A program made the translations under genes and the position numbers. Shown one piece after another: positions 31,588-42,326 of a stretch of DNA of 64,000 nucleotides; the stretch's first letter is position 1; every line of letters begins with the position of its first letter. Where the stretch lies: positions 288,001 to 352,000 of the forward strand of contig CAWIAD010000002.1 in the NCBI GenBank assembly GCA_963833985.1, written 5' to 3'. Source of the stretch: an uncultured Planctomycetaceae bacterium. GTDB taxonomy: Bacteria > Planctomycetota > Planctomycetia > Isosphaerales > Isosphaeraceae. The notes below the pieces were generated by a model, which did not search any database, had not been told where the DNA came from, and saw only the letters and a program-made list of their open reading frames with translations.

Positions 31588-34500
31588 ATGAAAGCTACGA
31601 TTTTTGGTCTCGTTCTCCTGGCCGCCTTTCCGGCCCTGTCTCAGACCACTCAGCCCGCGGCCGAGGACTTCAAACCGTCGTCACTGAACCAGCGCGGCAA
31701 GCAGTATCCGCAGGTCAACTCCGAGAGACGCGTCCGCGCCCGCGTCGTCGCGCCGCAGGCTCAGAGCGTGTTGCTCGATCTGGGCGGCGTCAAATACCCG
31801 CTCACCAAAGGCGGGGATGGTGCCTGGGCCGGTGTTTCGCGGCCGCAGGACGAAGGCTTCCACTACTACCAGCTCAGCATCGACGGCGCCTCGGTTCCGG
31901 ACCCCGGCAGCCTCTACTTCTACGGCGCCAGCCGGTGGGGCAGCGGCCTGGAAGTCCCCGCCAGGGACCAGGATTTCTATGCCCTGAAGGAAGTGCCTCA
32001 CGGTCAGCTACGAGAGACGCTTTACCCTTCCAGGAACGCCAATGCCACCCTGCGCTGCTTCGTCTACACGCCTCCCGGTTATGAGAAGGATCTCTCCAGG
32101 CGTTACCCCGTGTTGTATCTTCAGCACGGCGGCGGCGAGGATGAAACCGGCTGGGGCAGCCAGGGCCACACCGGTCTGATCATGGACAACCTGATCGCCG
32201 CGGGTAAGGCAAGGCCCTTCATCATCGTGATGGCCAACAGTTATGTCCCCGGCGCCGCAAGTCCAGCTCGCCCACCGGCTGCTGCCACTCAACCCGGTGC
32301 GGCAGCACCTGCCGGCGCTGCGGGCGGCGCACCGGCTCGCCGCGCATTCAACTTCACCGCGTTCGAGCGGGTCCTCATCGATGACCTGATCCCCTTCATT
32401 GATGAGAACTTCCGCACTCTTGCCGATCAGCCTCATCGGGCCATGGCCGGTCTCTCCATGGGCGGCATGCAGACCCGAGTGATCACCCTGGCCCACCTCG
32501 ACAAGTTCTCGCATATCGGCATCTTCAGCGGCGGAAGCATCTCGCCGTCAAACATCTCCGACATGGGCTCCTTCAAGCAGCAGGTCAAGGTCGTCTTCGT
32601 CAGCTACGGCAGCCGCGAGAACGGCACTGCCGGCAAGAACAACGTGGAAGCGCTGCGTGATGCCGGCATCAAGAGCGTCTTCTATGAATCGCCTGAGACT
32701 GCCCACGAGTGGCTGACCTGGCGGCGCTGCCTGCATGAATTCGCACCGCTCCTGTTCCAGGACCAGGCTCTTCCCACCGCGATCGCGCAGCAGCCGGCCG
32801 AACCGCGTGCGGCGACGCCCGCGCCGGCGACCGTCCAGACGACCCACGCGCCGGCCGAGACCGCCTCTGCCGCGAAGATCCTCCGCATCAAGGCCGGCCA
32901 GTCCACCCCCTTCAAGGACTCCAGCGGCAACGTCTGGCTGGCCGAGCAAGGCTTCGAGGGTGGCGACACGGTCGAGCGCGACCCGGGCACGGCCATCGCC
33001 GGAACCAAGGATCCGGGCCTGTACCTGAACGAGCACTATTCCATGGACTCGTTCTCCTGCAAGGTTCCCAATGGCAAGTATCTTGCGAAACTTTACTTCG
33101 CGGAGACCTTTGAGGGCATCACCGGCCCCGGCCAGCGTGTCTTCTCCTACAAGGTGCAGGGGCACGAATTCAAGGACTTTGATATCTGGGTCAAGGCCGG
33201 CGGCCCCAACCGCGCCTACGTCGAAACCGTACCCGTGGAAGTCACCAACGGGGAATTCCGGATCACCTTCGAGCCCAAGGTTCAAAACCCAGAGATCAAC
33301 GCCATCGAGCTCATCCCGCAGACCGCGCCGGCGCCGGCCGAGACCGCCTCTGCCGCGAAGATCCTCCGCATCAAGGCCGGCCAGTCCACCCCCTTCAAGG
33401 ACTCCAGCGGCAACGTCTGGCTGGCCGAGCAAGGCTTCGAGGGTGGCGCCACGGTCGAGCGCGATCCGGGCACGGCCATCGCCGGAACCAAGGATCCGGG
33501 CCTGTTCCTGAACGAGCACTATTCCATGGACTCGTTCTCCTGCAAGGTTCCCAACGGCAACTATCTCGCGAAGCTCTACTTCGCGGAGACCTTTGAGGGT
33601 ATCACCGGCCCCGGCCAGCGTGTCTTCTCCTACAAGGTGCAGGGGCACGAATTCAAGGACTTTGATATCTGGGTCAAGGCCGGCGGCCCCAACCGCGCCT
33701 ACGTCGAAACCGTACCCGTCGAGGTGACCAACGGGGAATTCCGGATCACCTTCGAGCCCAAGGTCGAAAACCCGGAGATCAACGCCATCGAGCTCATTCC
33801 GCAGACCGCGCCAGGCACCGGCGCGACAAGCCCGTCGCGTACAACACCCGTTCTCCAGGTCGATGCGGGCAAGGTCACTGGCAAGGTCAACCCCATGCTC
33901 TACGGGCTGATGACCGAGGAAATCAATTTCTCATACGAAGGGGGGATCTACGGAGAATTGATTCGTAATCGCACGTTCAAGTCGAATGGGCAGAATCCGG
34001 TTTACTGGAATGCCGTAGGCGACGCGAAGCTCTCGCTGGACACGAAGGAACCGCTCAACACCGCGTTGAACGTGAGCCTGAAACTGGACACCAGCAAGGC
34101 CACGGAGGGCTCGCCTGTCGGGATCGCCAACGAGGGCTTCTGGGGAATTCCTGTCCGCCCGAACACGACGTATCGCGCCTCGTTTTATGCCCGCGGAGAG
34201 CGTTTTTCTGGCCCGCTGACGGTCTCCCTGGAAACCAAGGAAGGTGGGAAACTCCTCGCGAGCGGCGTCGTTCCCAAGATCTCCGGTCAGTGGGAAAAGT
34301 ATGAAGTGACGCTGATCACGGCAAACGTTGAAGCCTCGAAAGGGAATCGTTTTGCGATCTCCACGAAGCGATCCGGTGAGCAAGGCTCGGTCTGGTTCCA
34401 GAACGTATCGCTCTTTCCGCCGACTTACAACAACCGCCCCAACGGCACGCGCCCGGACATCATGCAGTTGATGGCGGACATGAAGCCCGCGTTCCTGCGC

Positions 34501-35771
34501 TTCCCGGGCGGAAACTATCTTGAAGGCAACACCATTGCCGAACGCTTCCAGTGGAAGGAAACCCTTGGCGACGTGTCGCGGCGTCCCGGACACCGCAGCC
34601 CCTGGGGATACTGGTCCACCGACGGTTTTGGCCTGCTCGAGTTCCTGGAATGGTGCGAGGACCTGAACATGCAGCCGGTGCTGGCCGTATATGCGGGTTA
34701 CTCGCTGCGCGGGCAGCATGTGAATCCGGGTCCGGATCTTCAACCTTACGTGCAGGAGGCACTGGACGAGATCGAGTATGTCACCGGTGACGCGAACACG
34801 AAATGGGGAAGCCAGCGCGTGAAGGATGGCCACCCCAGGCCATTCAAGCTGACCTATGTCGAGGTCGGAAACGAAGACTGGTTCGACCGCAGTGGCAGCT
34901 ACGATGGCCGCTTCGCACAGTTCTACGACGCCATCAAGGCGAAGTATCCCGACCTGCAAATCATCTCCACCGTCGGCTACGAACATCCCGAATCCCAGCG
35001 CGTGCACAGCCGCGTGCCGGACCTGGTCGACGAACATTATTATCGTTCCCGAGAAGAAATGCAGGCGCACGCGCTCGACTATGACAGGTATTCGCGCTCG
35101 GACAAGACGAAGATCATGGTCGGAGAATGGGCGACCCGTGTCGGCTCGCCAACGCCCAACATGGCCGCGGCGCTCGGCGACGCTGCGTGGATGACAGGCA
35201 TGGAACGCAATTCGGACATCGTTGTGATGTCCTGCTATGCACCGCTTCTCGTCAACGTGAGCCAGCTCAGCGGACCGAACCGTTCCATGCAATGGAGTAC
35301 GGACCTGATCGGCTACGACGCGCTTCAGAGTTACGGCTCGCCTGCATACCACGCCCAGAAGATGTTCAGCACAATGCACGGAGATGAAATACTCGCGACC
35401 GATGCGCAAGAGATCCCGACGCACGAATGGCAGCCGAGAGCTTCGCGCGGGGCAGCCCTCCCCCTCCACGGCAAATCCGGGAGATCTTCTTCAGCGCCAC
35501 TCGCGACAGCAAGAGCGGGACCATTTATCTCAAGGTCGTGAACGTCGCCGGAGCTATGCAGCGAGTCCAGCTGCAAATCAAGGGCGCGCCCGGGACGCAA
35601 TTGGAAGGCGAGTCGGTGTCGCTGGCGGCTGACAGCCTGAACGACACGAACTCCCTGGAGCAGCCCCAGAAGCTCGTTCCGCACGTCGAAAACGCGGTGA
35701 ACGTGTACGCGGACGCTCCTCATGAGTTTCCGCCGTACTCCATCACGGTCCTGAAATTGAAATCAAAATAG
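31588..35771 (+). CDS. Multimodular CAZyme: CE1 esterase - 2x malectin (CBM57-like) - GH51 alpha-L-arabinofuranosidase (frameshift near 35450)
   Basis: Signal peptide; AGLSMGG; malectin 'KLYFAETF....GQRVF...INAIE' twice; GH51 LRFPGGN, VGNED, VGEWA, YAPLLVN; C-terminus 'IYLKVVN...FPPYSITVLKL' in the shifted frame. Confidence 0.88.
32848..33812 (+). repeat. 483-bp intragenic tandem duplication (malectin domains)
   Basis: Units start at 32848 and 33331; near-identical DNA, 4 amino-acid differences seen. Confidence 0.95.
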
Positions 35772-35957
35772 CAAGACCGAAAGCACCGCCGGCGCTGGAC
35801 ACTCATCTCAAAAAGAGAGTGGCCACGGGGCACAGTCGCCGGCGTGCCGCCTTCGCCTGATTCCCCACTCAGGTCCAGATGGCGCGCTCAAGCGATGGTG
35901 AGACCGCGAGCGCACGGGGAACAATTCTGGCGTGACCGGCGCGGAAATGAGGGAGTC

Positions 35958-36365
35958 ATGCGACCGCCCCGGATGACAACACGGCTCTGGATGGCCGCTG
36001 TGGCCGTCGCAGCGCTCTGGATGAGCGGGTTTGTCGCCATTCGCGCCGTCTGGCAGCATTTTGTCGCCCTTGATCGCGTCGTTCATCACGCCGGGCTGGA
36101 ACAGACCTCGCGCTGGCTGGAGCAGCTTGGCCGCGACGAGTTGCAAACACTGGCTTTCGTTCCCTACGTGGCTGCGGAGCAACCGCAGGCCACGGGGAAT
36201 ACTGGGACGAACGAGCTGTTGAGGCCTGCTCTCGACGAGACGCGGCGCAATTTGGATCTCTGGCACCGCCAGGTGGAGTACCACGCCGCGATGGCACGCA
36301 AGTACCGCTATGTCGCCCTCTTTCCCTGGCTGCCCATCGAACCCGATCCGCCGGAGCCACATTAA
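35958..36365 (+). CDS. Small planctomycete-type hypothetical protein
   Basis: GGGAG RBS; 'MRPPRMTTRLWMAAVAV' N-terminus and 'YHAAMARKYRYVALFPWLPIEPDPPEP' C-terminus. Confidence 0.75.
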   Translation: MRPPRMTTRLWMAAVAVAALWMSGFVAIRAVWQHFVALDRVVHHAGLEQTSRWLEQLGRDELQTLAFVPYVAAEQPQATGNTGTNELLRPALDETRRNLDLWHRQVEYHAAMARKYRYVALFPWLPIEPDPPEPH

Positions 36366-36378
36366 AATGCAAATAGGT

Positions 36379-38491
36379 TCATGTTGACACACCAGGACGC
36401 TGCGCCCGCAGGTCACGGTAGCGGGTTACCACGGCCAGGCCGAATCCACCTGCCAGGCTGATCCCGCCGACGACGAACGCCAGCCAGTAGCAGTCGAGGA
36501 GCGCCGGGGTCGATGGCTCGAGCTCAAGCTGCCCAAGCAGCGGGCCCGGCCCCAGGCTGGCCAGGAAGCGTTCGAGGGCGAAATCGGCCGCGGGGATCGG
36601 CCCGAACACGCACTCCTCCACATCCAGTCGAATGGTACGGCGTTTACGATTGTTCGTCCGGACGGACGAGCGCAGGACGGGGCGGCCGTCGGGATGGTCG
36701 TACTCGTAGCGGCAATCCGAGACGAGCTTCTCCCTGGGCTGTTCGTAGTGTTCCGAGCGGACCACGAACGAGTCGTCGACCGCGAAGACGAACGTGAGGG
36801 CCTGGCGATCGACCTCGCGGGCCCCCGGCGGTGACCGCAACCCGAGCGTGAGCCGCGGGTGCCCATCGTCGGTCGAGGTGCTCAGCCGGGACACTTCGAG
36901 GTCGAGGGAGATCCCATCGTCCTTGAGGGTCAGGGGGAATTGCAGCAGGGCGGCCCCGCCGTGGGTGGCGATGAACGCGTTGTGGCTCGAGTCGTCCGAC
37001 TCAACCTTGCCCGGAGCGCGCTGGTAGGCTTGCAACCTCCAGGCCCCGGGCCTGGGGCCGAGATCGCGGAAGGCCCAGAGTGAATGGTCGGGATGGTTCA
37101 GGGTCGCCGTCTCGGTCCTCCACTCGCCCGAGCCCCCGCGCCGATACCGGACGACGGAGAACGGTTCTGAACGAAGCAGTGTGAGTTGCTCCTTGTACTC
37201 GGTGGTGGCCGGATGCTCGCGGTCGGCCTCGCTGCCAACTCGGATCTGGAACAAGGTCCTCATCCGGACCTGATCGTAGGGGGCGACGAGGCGGGCGGCG
37301 GCGGCGAAGTAATCCGCCAGGAAGGCCTCCCAGGCCGCGGGATCGATGCTGGGGCCGAGTTTGAGGCCCTTCAGCCAGCGCCGGGAGGGTGGGCCGGCAC
37401 GCCGGGCGGTCTGCTCAATATCTGCCCAGACGGCGGCGTCCAGGTCGTCGAGCCCGATCCCCAGTGCTGCGCGGCAGTCGGCCTCGAACGTGGCCTGCTG
37501 GCAAGTCGTGTACAGCTTCAAGAATCGCTCGGGGCCGTACTCGCGGAGGAGGTAGTTGACCAGCGTGGCACCCTGGTTATAGGCCGCCGGCCCTGAATAC
37601 CAGTATCGATCCGGCGCGACCAGTTGTCGCAGGGTCAAGCTCCGGCCCTTCTCGCGGTCGTTCCAGGCGGCGCGGGCGAGTTGTTCGGCAGGGATCCCCT
37701 GGTTGGCCTCAGCCCAGCCTTCGATGAGGACTCTCGGCGGGTCGCTTTCGGCCGTTTCCGTCGCGGTCAGCACGCAGTGAGCGACCTCGTGGCGGTCCAG
37801 CTCCGTCAGGCCGTCGGCTCCGGGCGGGAACTGGCCGACTGCGGACCCGATCGCCATGTCGTAGATGGAACAGTGCTGGAGACCAAAAAGCGGCCCCCGA
37901 TACCAGACGATCGGCCAGGTCGCGGACTGGTCAAGCCGGGCCAGCAAGGCTGCAACGTGCCGGTCCATCGCGGCCACCTGGGCGCGGGCGTCGTCGGCTC
38001 GCGCCCCGACCATCGTCACCCACCTCCCCGGCGTCCGCTGCGGATAGAACCAGTGTGCTCCCAGGTCCGCAAGGGGTCGTGCCAGTGGTTCCAGGACCCT
38101 GGACGGCCACCTGGGGGGCACATGGCGGTCAAACGACGGTCGCACCGCGATCAGGATGTGCCCGGCCAGGAACCAGAACGGAGCCGTCCCCACCAGCAGG
38201 CCCGCCAGAGCCCGGTCGCGGCGTGGGCCGCGAATGAGGCGGACGGTCGCCGCGATCACCAGGCCGAGACCCGCCGCGAACATCAGCACCGCCAGGCCGA
38301 CCGGGAGGATCGGGTTCGGGTTCCAGATTCGCGAGGCGTTCAGTGCCTCGGCCAGGCCGAGGGCCCCGATCCAGGCACCCCAGACGGTGAAGACCCAGAG
38401 AGCCAGCATCGGTAGATTCACGGCCAGGAGGTAAGCGGGCCCTACGTTCGTTCTGGACGTGTCCGGTTTGCACCCTGTCGCAGTCGAGCAT
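36379..38491 (-). CDS. Membrane-anchored zincin (peptidase MA-like) protein; start uncertain
   Basis: N-terminal TM helices; HEVAH + 'PRVLIEGWAE' + 'AYNQGATLVNYL...YG.ERFLKLY'; C-terminal TM helix. Confidence 0.7.
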
Positions 38492-38713
38492 GGTGGGCAG
38501 AGTGTCCGTTTTCCAGGCGACGACCAGGTCATAAGTTTGACAAAAGTCGGAAGGGCGCGTCAAGCTGGTTCGGCAGAGTGTTTGTGACCGTCCGGCTGAG
38601 CAGGGCAGTGGGAAAAACCGCGATCGGACAGATGCCGCCACCCACTTTTCCCTTGAGACTGGCAGCGATTCCCTCCAGGAACTGAGGAGCAACCGATGCA
38701 CGTACTTTCATAC

Positions 38714-40231
38714 ATGAAGCTCACCGCTGTGTTCGTCGCGGCTCTTCTTGTCCCCTCGTCATCGGGCATCGCGAATGCTCAGCCGGTCCAGACAGGAGAT
38801 GTGATGAGAGCCAGGGCGACAGGGCAGCCGTCGCAAGCTTCCCTGGCCGAGCTTCTGCGGGAAGCCGTTCAGCATGCCAGTTCTCTGAAAGACGCGCGGT
38901 CCCGCTCCGGGCTATTCGTCGCCGTCGCCAAGGCTCGTTCCAAGTCTGACGATCAACCTGGGGCGCGAATCGCCTTCCACCAGGCCATCCAGGCCTCAGA
39001 CGCCATTGCAGAAAAATCCACGGCTATCTACGTTCTGGAAGACATTGCTGTGGCTCAGATCGGGTCCGGGGATGGGGCGCTGGCACTTGCGACAATGCGC
39101 CATGCTCTGGATATCGCCAACAGCATACGCGACGAACACCAGCGGAACACCAGTCGAATGTGGATCGTCAGAACATTCGCTCGCGGGGGCGATGTGGACA
39201 CTGCACTCCACATCGTGAACGACCTACCCGAGCTCGGAGACTACAAAGCGCGTGCCCTGGCCAACGTCATGGACGGCCTGAAGCAGTCGGGCAGAGCCGC
39301 CATGAACCAATTCTTGCCCACGCTGCTCCAGACTGCCGGGAAAATGCAGAATCAGGCGCTTCAGGCGAAATGCCTGCAAGGGGTCGCTGAAGCGCTTGCG
39401 GCAGCCGGAGACATCGAGGGAGCTCTCAAGATCGCCGAGGCCTTCGACAAAGCCGTTGCGGAACTTGACCCGGCAAATCGCATACGCCCGAATGTCCTCC
39501 ATGAACAGATATTCGTTCTCTCGTCCCTTGCCAAGGCCCAGGCCAAAGCCGGAAACCGCGAGGAAGCGGCCATGAGCTTCAAGAAGGCCGTCGACCTTGC
39601 GAGCGTTTTGCCCACGGAAGGTGAGTCCCTTCGATCGGACCGTCTCAGCAGAGTCGTTCGTGACCAGGTTGATGGCGGCGACATCGAAGGAGCAATCCGG
39701 ACCACCGACCTGATCGTCTACGAGTACTCAAGAGCCAACGCTCTGATCACGATCGCCGAGGCCCAGGCGAAGGCCGGCAGGCACGAGCAGGCCCGCCTCC
39801 TCTTCGGCAAGGCCATTCAAGCCGCCAACGAGATTCACATCCGGGATGTCCAGCGCGACCGCCCTCAGAACTTCAACTTGAACTTACCTGTATGTCTTCA
39901 GACCGTCGCGTTCGTGCAGGCGAGAGCGGGATTCACCAACGAAGCGGTTGAAACGGCCATGACGATCGACTCGCCCAAGTGGAGAAACAGCGCGCTGTCG
40001 ATCATTGCACCCATCTTGGCCAGGGCTGGAGATCTGAAGCAGGCCGTTGAATTACTGGGCAGAATCGACGACGAAAAATCAAGGGATTATGCAATGCAAG
40101 GGATTGCAGAAGGGCAGGCGCAGAGGGGAGACATTCCGGCTGCCCTGGAATGGGCCAGGAGCCGAGCCACTCCTGAAGCACGGGCCAATGCCTTTCTCGG
40201 TCTTGCGCGTGCGGTCGCAGGCGGCACGTAA
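38714..40231 (+). CDS. Secreted TPR-like alpha-solenoid protein
   Basis: Signal peptide; repeated 'IA.AQA.AGD...A' units. Confidence 0.75.
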   Translation: MKLTAVFVAALLVPSSSGIANAQPVQTGDVMRARATGQPSQASLAELLREAVQHASSLKDARSRSGLFVAVAKARSKSDDQPGARIAFHQAIQASDAIAEKSTAIYVLEDIAVAQIGSGDGALALATMRHALDIANSIRDEHQRNTSRMWIVRTFARGGDVDTALHIVNDLPELGDYKARALANVMDGLKQSGRAAMNQFLPTLLQTAGKMQNQALQAKCLQGVAEALAAAGDIEGALKIAEAFDKAVAELDPANRIRPNVLHEQIFVLSSLAKAQAKAGNREEAAMSFKKAVDLASVLPTEGESLRSDRLSRVVRDQVDGGDIEGAIRTTDLIVYEYSRANALITIAEAQAKAGRHEQARLLFGKAIQAANEIHIRDVQRDRPQNFNLNLPVCLQTVAFVQARAGFTNEAVETAMTIDSPKWRNSALSIIAPILARAGDLKQAVELLGRIDDEKSRDYAMQGIAEGQAQRGDIPAALEWARSRATPEARANAFLGLARAVAGGT

Positions 40232-40646
40232 TCTCATGCCAGAGACCCGGTACATCAGGCAACCCTTGCGAGATCACACATCGGTCTGCCCAGGTCAAGT
40301 CCGCCCGCGATGCGGATGGGGCTCATGTTCCACTGGAACAAAACCATTGAATCTTCCGTGACGGACTGAACTGCAACTCTGCAAGAAACTGCCATTGGCC
40401 AGCGCAGGGTTTTTCTGTAAAGTTCGACCGCCAGGCAACCGACAGAGAGAGTTGGAGCGTGGTCACTTCTTCGAGACAGCCTCTCATGACGATGGAGCAG
40501 TACTCGGTACGGGGCTAGCTATTCCGCCGTCCCCATTCCCTGTGGTCTCGGAGTGTTGGAGCCGGGCCTGGGCCCATGCATGCGAGGGTCGTGATCTCGA
40601 ACCGCGCAGGTATGAATCTTCCCTGGTTGCAACACGGAGGTTCGCC

Positions 40647-41036
40647 ATGCAAAACACCCGTTGGATCTTGCAGAACGGGCGGAGAGCCCTGCGCGTCGCC
40701 CTGGCCGGCGGGTTGTGCTGCTGCGGCTGGGGGTGCCATCAGCACTTCTATTACTATGGAAACCCGCCGGGCATGGCCCAGGGATGTCCGCCGGGCACCA
40801 CGATCATGCCCAGCGGAGTGACGACCACCGGCCCGGTCTGCGAGGTTCCCGTCGAGGGATCGTCGTCGAACGTGCTGCGCTCGACCACGGTGAGCGACGG
40901 TAAGAACTCCCGGGTGGTGGTGAGCACGCCGTCCAACGGTATCGCATCGCGGTTCGGCTGGAAGGCGTCCGACCCGGATTCCGTGCCCGCGATCACGCAG
41001 GTCGAGGGCGGCATCCAGTCGTCCACGGTCAAGTAA
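40647..41036 (+). CDS. Hypothetical lipoprotein
   Basis: GGAGG RBS; basic and hydrophobic leader ending 'GWGC'; coupled to the SDR gene. Confidence 0.65.
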   Translation: MQNTRWILQNGRRALRVALAGGLCCCGWGCHQHFYYYGNPPGMAQGCPPGTTIMPSGVTTTGPVCEVPVEGSSSNVLRSTTVSDGKNSRVVVSTPSNGIASRFGWKASDPDSVPAITQVEGGIQSSTVK

Positions 41037-41042
41037 CCGCCA

Positions 41043-41888
41043 ATGAATTCCCGGGCACGAAACTGGAGCGAGACGCGCGCGCTCGTCACGGGGGCATCGT
41101 CCGGGTTGGGGCAAGCCCTGGCCGAGCATCTCGTCCGCGCCGGGGCAACGGTGATCTTGACCGGAAGGTCCGCGCAGCGTCTCGGCGCGGTCGTGGAAGG
41201 GCTGGCGCGTGAAGGATCCGACCCGGCACGGATGACGTGCATCGCGGCTGAGTTGACCAGCGACGAGGCTCGTCACGGGCTCTTTACCCGGATCCGCGAG
41301 CGGTTCGGTGCCCTGGACCTGGTGATCAATAACGCCGGCGTGGGTGCCACCGGACAGTTCGAGACGCACGACCCTTCCGTGCTGCGGCGCGTCTTCGAGA
41401 TCAATGTCTTCGCCATGGCCGAGGTCTGTCGCGAGGCATTGCCACTACTTGCCGCCGGCCGCGACCCGGTGATGGTTACCATGGGCTCGGTGAACGCCCG
41501 CCGCGCCCTGCCGGGCCGCTCCGAATACTGTGCCAGCAAGTTCGCCGTGAGCGGGTTCACGGAGGCGATCCGCGTCGAATGGCGGCGGTTCGGCATCCAC
41601 GTGCTTCAGGTCAACCCTGGGTTCACAGCCACGCCCTTTGACAAGAACGCGGTGGTGAACACGGCCCGTGTCTCGGTGACTCATCGCCGCACAATGTCGC
41701 CCGATGCCGTGGCCCGCGCCACGCTGCGCGCCATCGAGCGCCGGCGGCGCGAGATCACGCTGGGATGGCAAGGCAGGCTCTTCGTCCTGGCCAGCACCCT
41801 GGCGCCTCGGTTCGTGGACTGGGGTCTGACGCGCTGGCTGCTGCGGCACTTCCCTGACGCGCCGGTTCTCAGGGACGCCCGAGGCTGA
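41043..41888 (+). CDS. SDR family oxidoreductase
   Basis: TGASSGLG, NNAG, YCASK, VNPG. Confidence 0.95.
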   Translation: MNSRARNWSETRALVTGASSGLGQALAEHLVRAGATVILTGRSAQRLGAVVEGLAREGSDPARMTCIAAELTSDEARHGLFTRIRERFGALDLVINNAGVGATGQFETHDPSVLRRVFEINVFAMAEVCREALPLLAAGRDPVMVTMGSVNARRALPGRSEYCASKFAVSGFTEAIRVEWRRFGIHVLQVNPGFTATPFDKNAVVNTARVSVTHRRTMSPDAVARATLRAIERRRREITLGWQGRLFVLASTLAPRFVDWGLTRWLLRHFPDAPVLRDARG

Positions 41889-41963
41889 TACACTCGAATC
41901 GGGCAGAGACCTTCACTTAGGGCAGTTTTCTGACGGTTGCAGGCAGCTTCTGAGTTTTGGAAA

Positions 41964-42027
41964 GGGCGGCAGACATTCCTGTCTGCCAGGGCGGGCTTGC
42001 TCCGGCAGGCAGGAATGCCTGCCCCCC
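41964..42027. repeat. REPIN-like inverted REP pair
   Basis: GGCAGACATTCCTGTCTGCC ... GGCAGGCAGGAATGCCTGCCCC; each unit is palindromic and the two are mutually inverted. Confidence 0.7.
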
Positions 42028-42326
42028 GGTCTTCAGTCTGCGATCCAAGTGAAAACCGCTCTAAACCTGATACCGTTGAAATAGCGTTCACAAAAAGGGG
42101 CAAGAGGTTTGCAACAGACCTGTTCCGACGCGAAGCGTTGGAATGAAGGACAAACCTATGCCTGCACTCAACTTATCGCTATGTCAACAGTATTGCACTT
42201 AAACCGGACGAGCTGGACGCGGTCCGTGAAGAGCGCCCTGGACTCAAGAGAGCGCGAACTGACTCGTGGAAGGCTTCGCAGTGCCGGTCAGAATCCGGCG
42301 GATGTCTATTAATCTGGGACTGCTCG

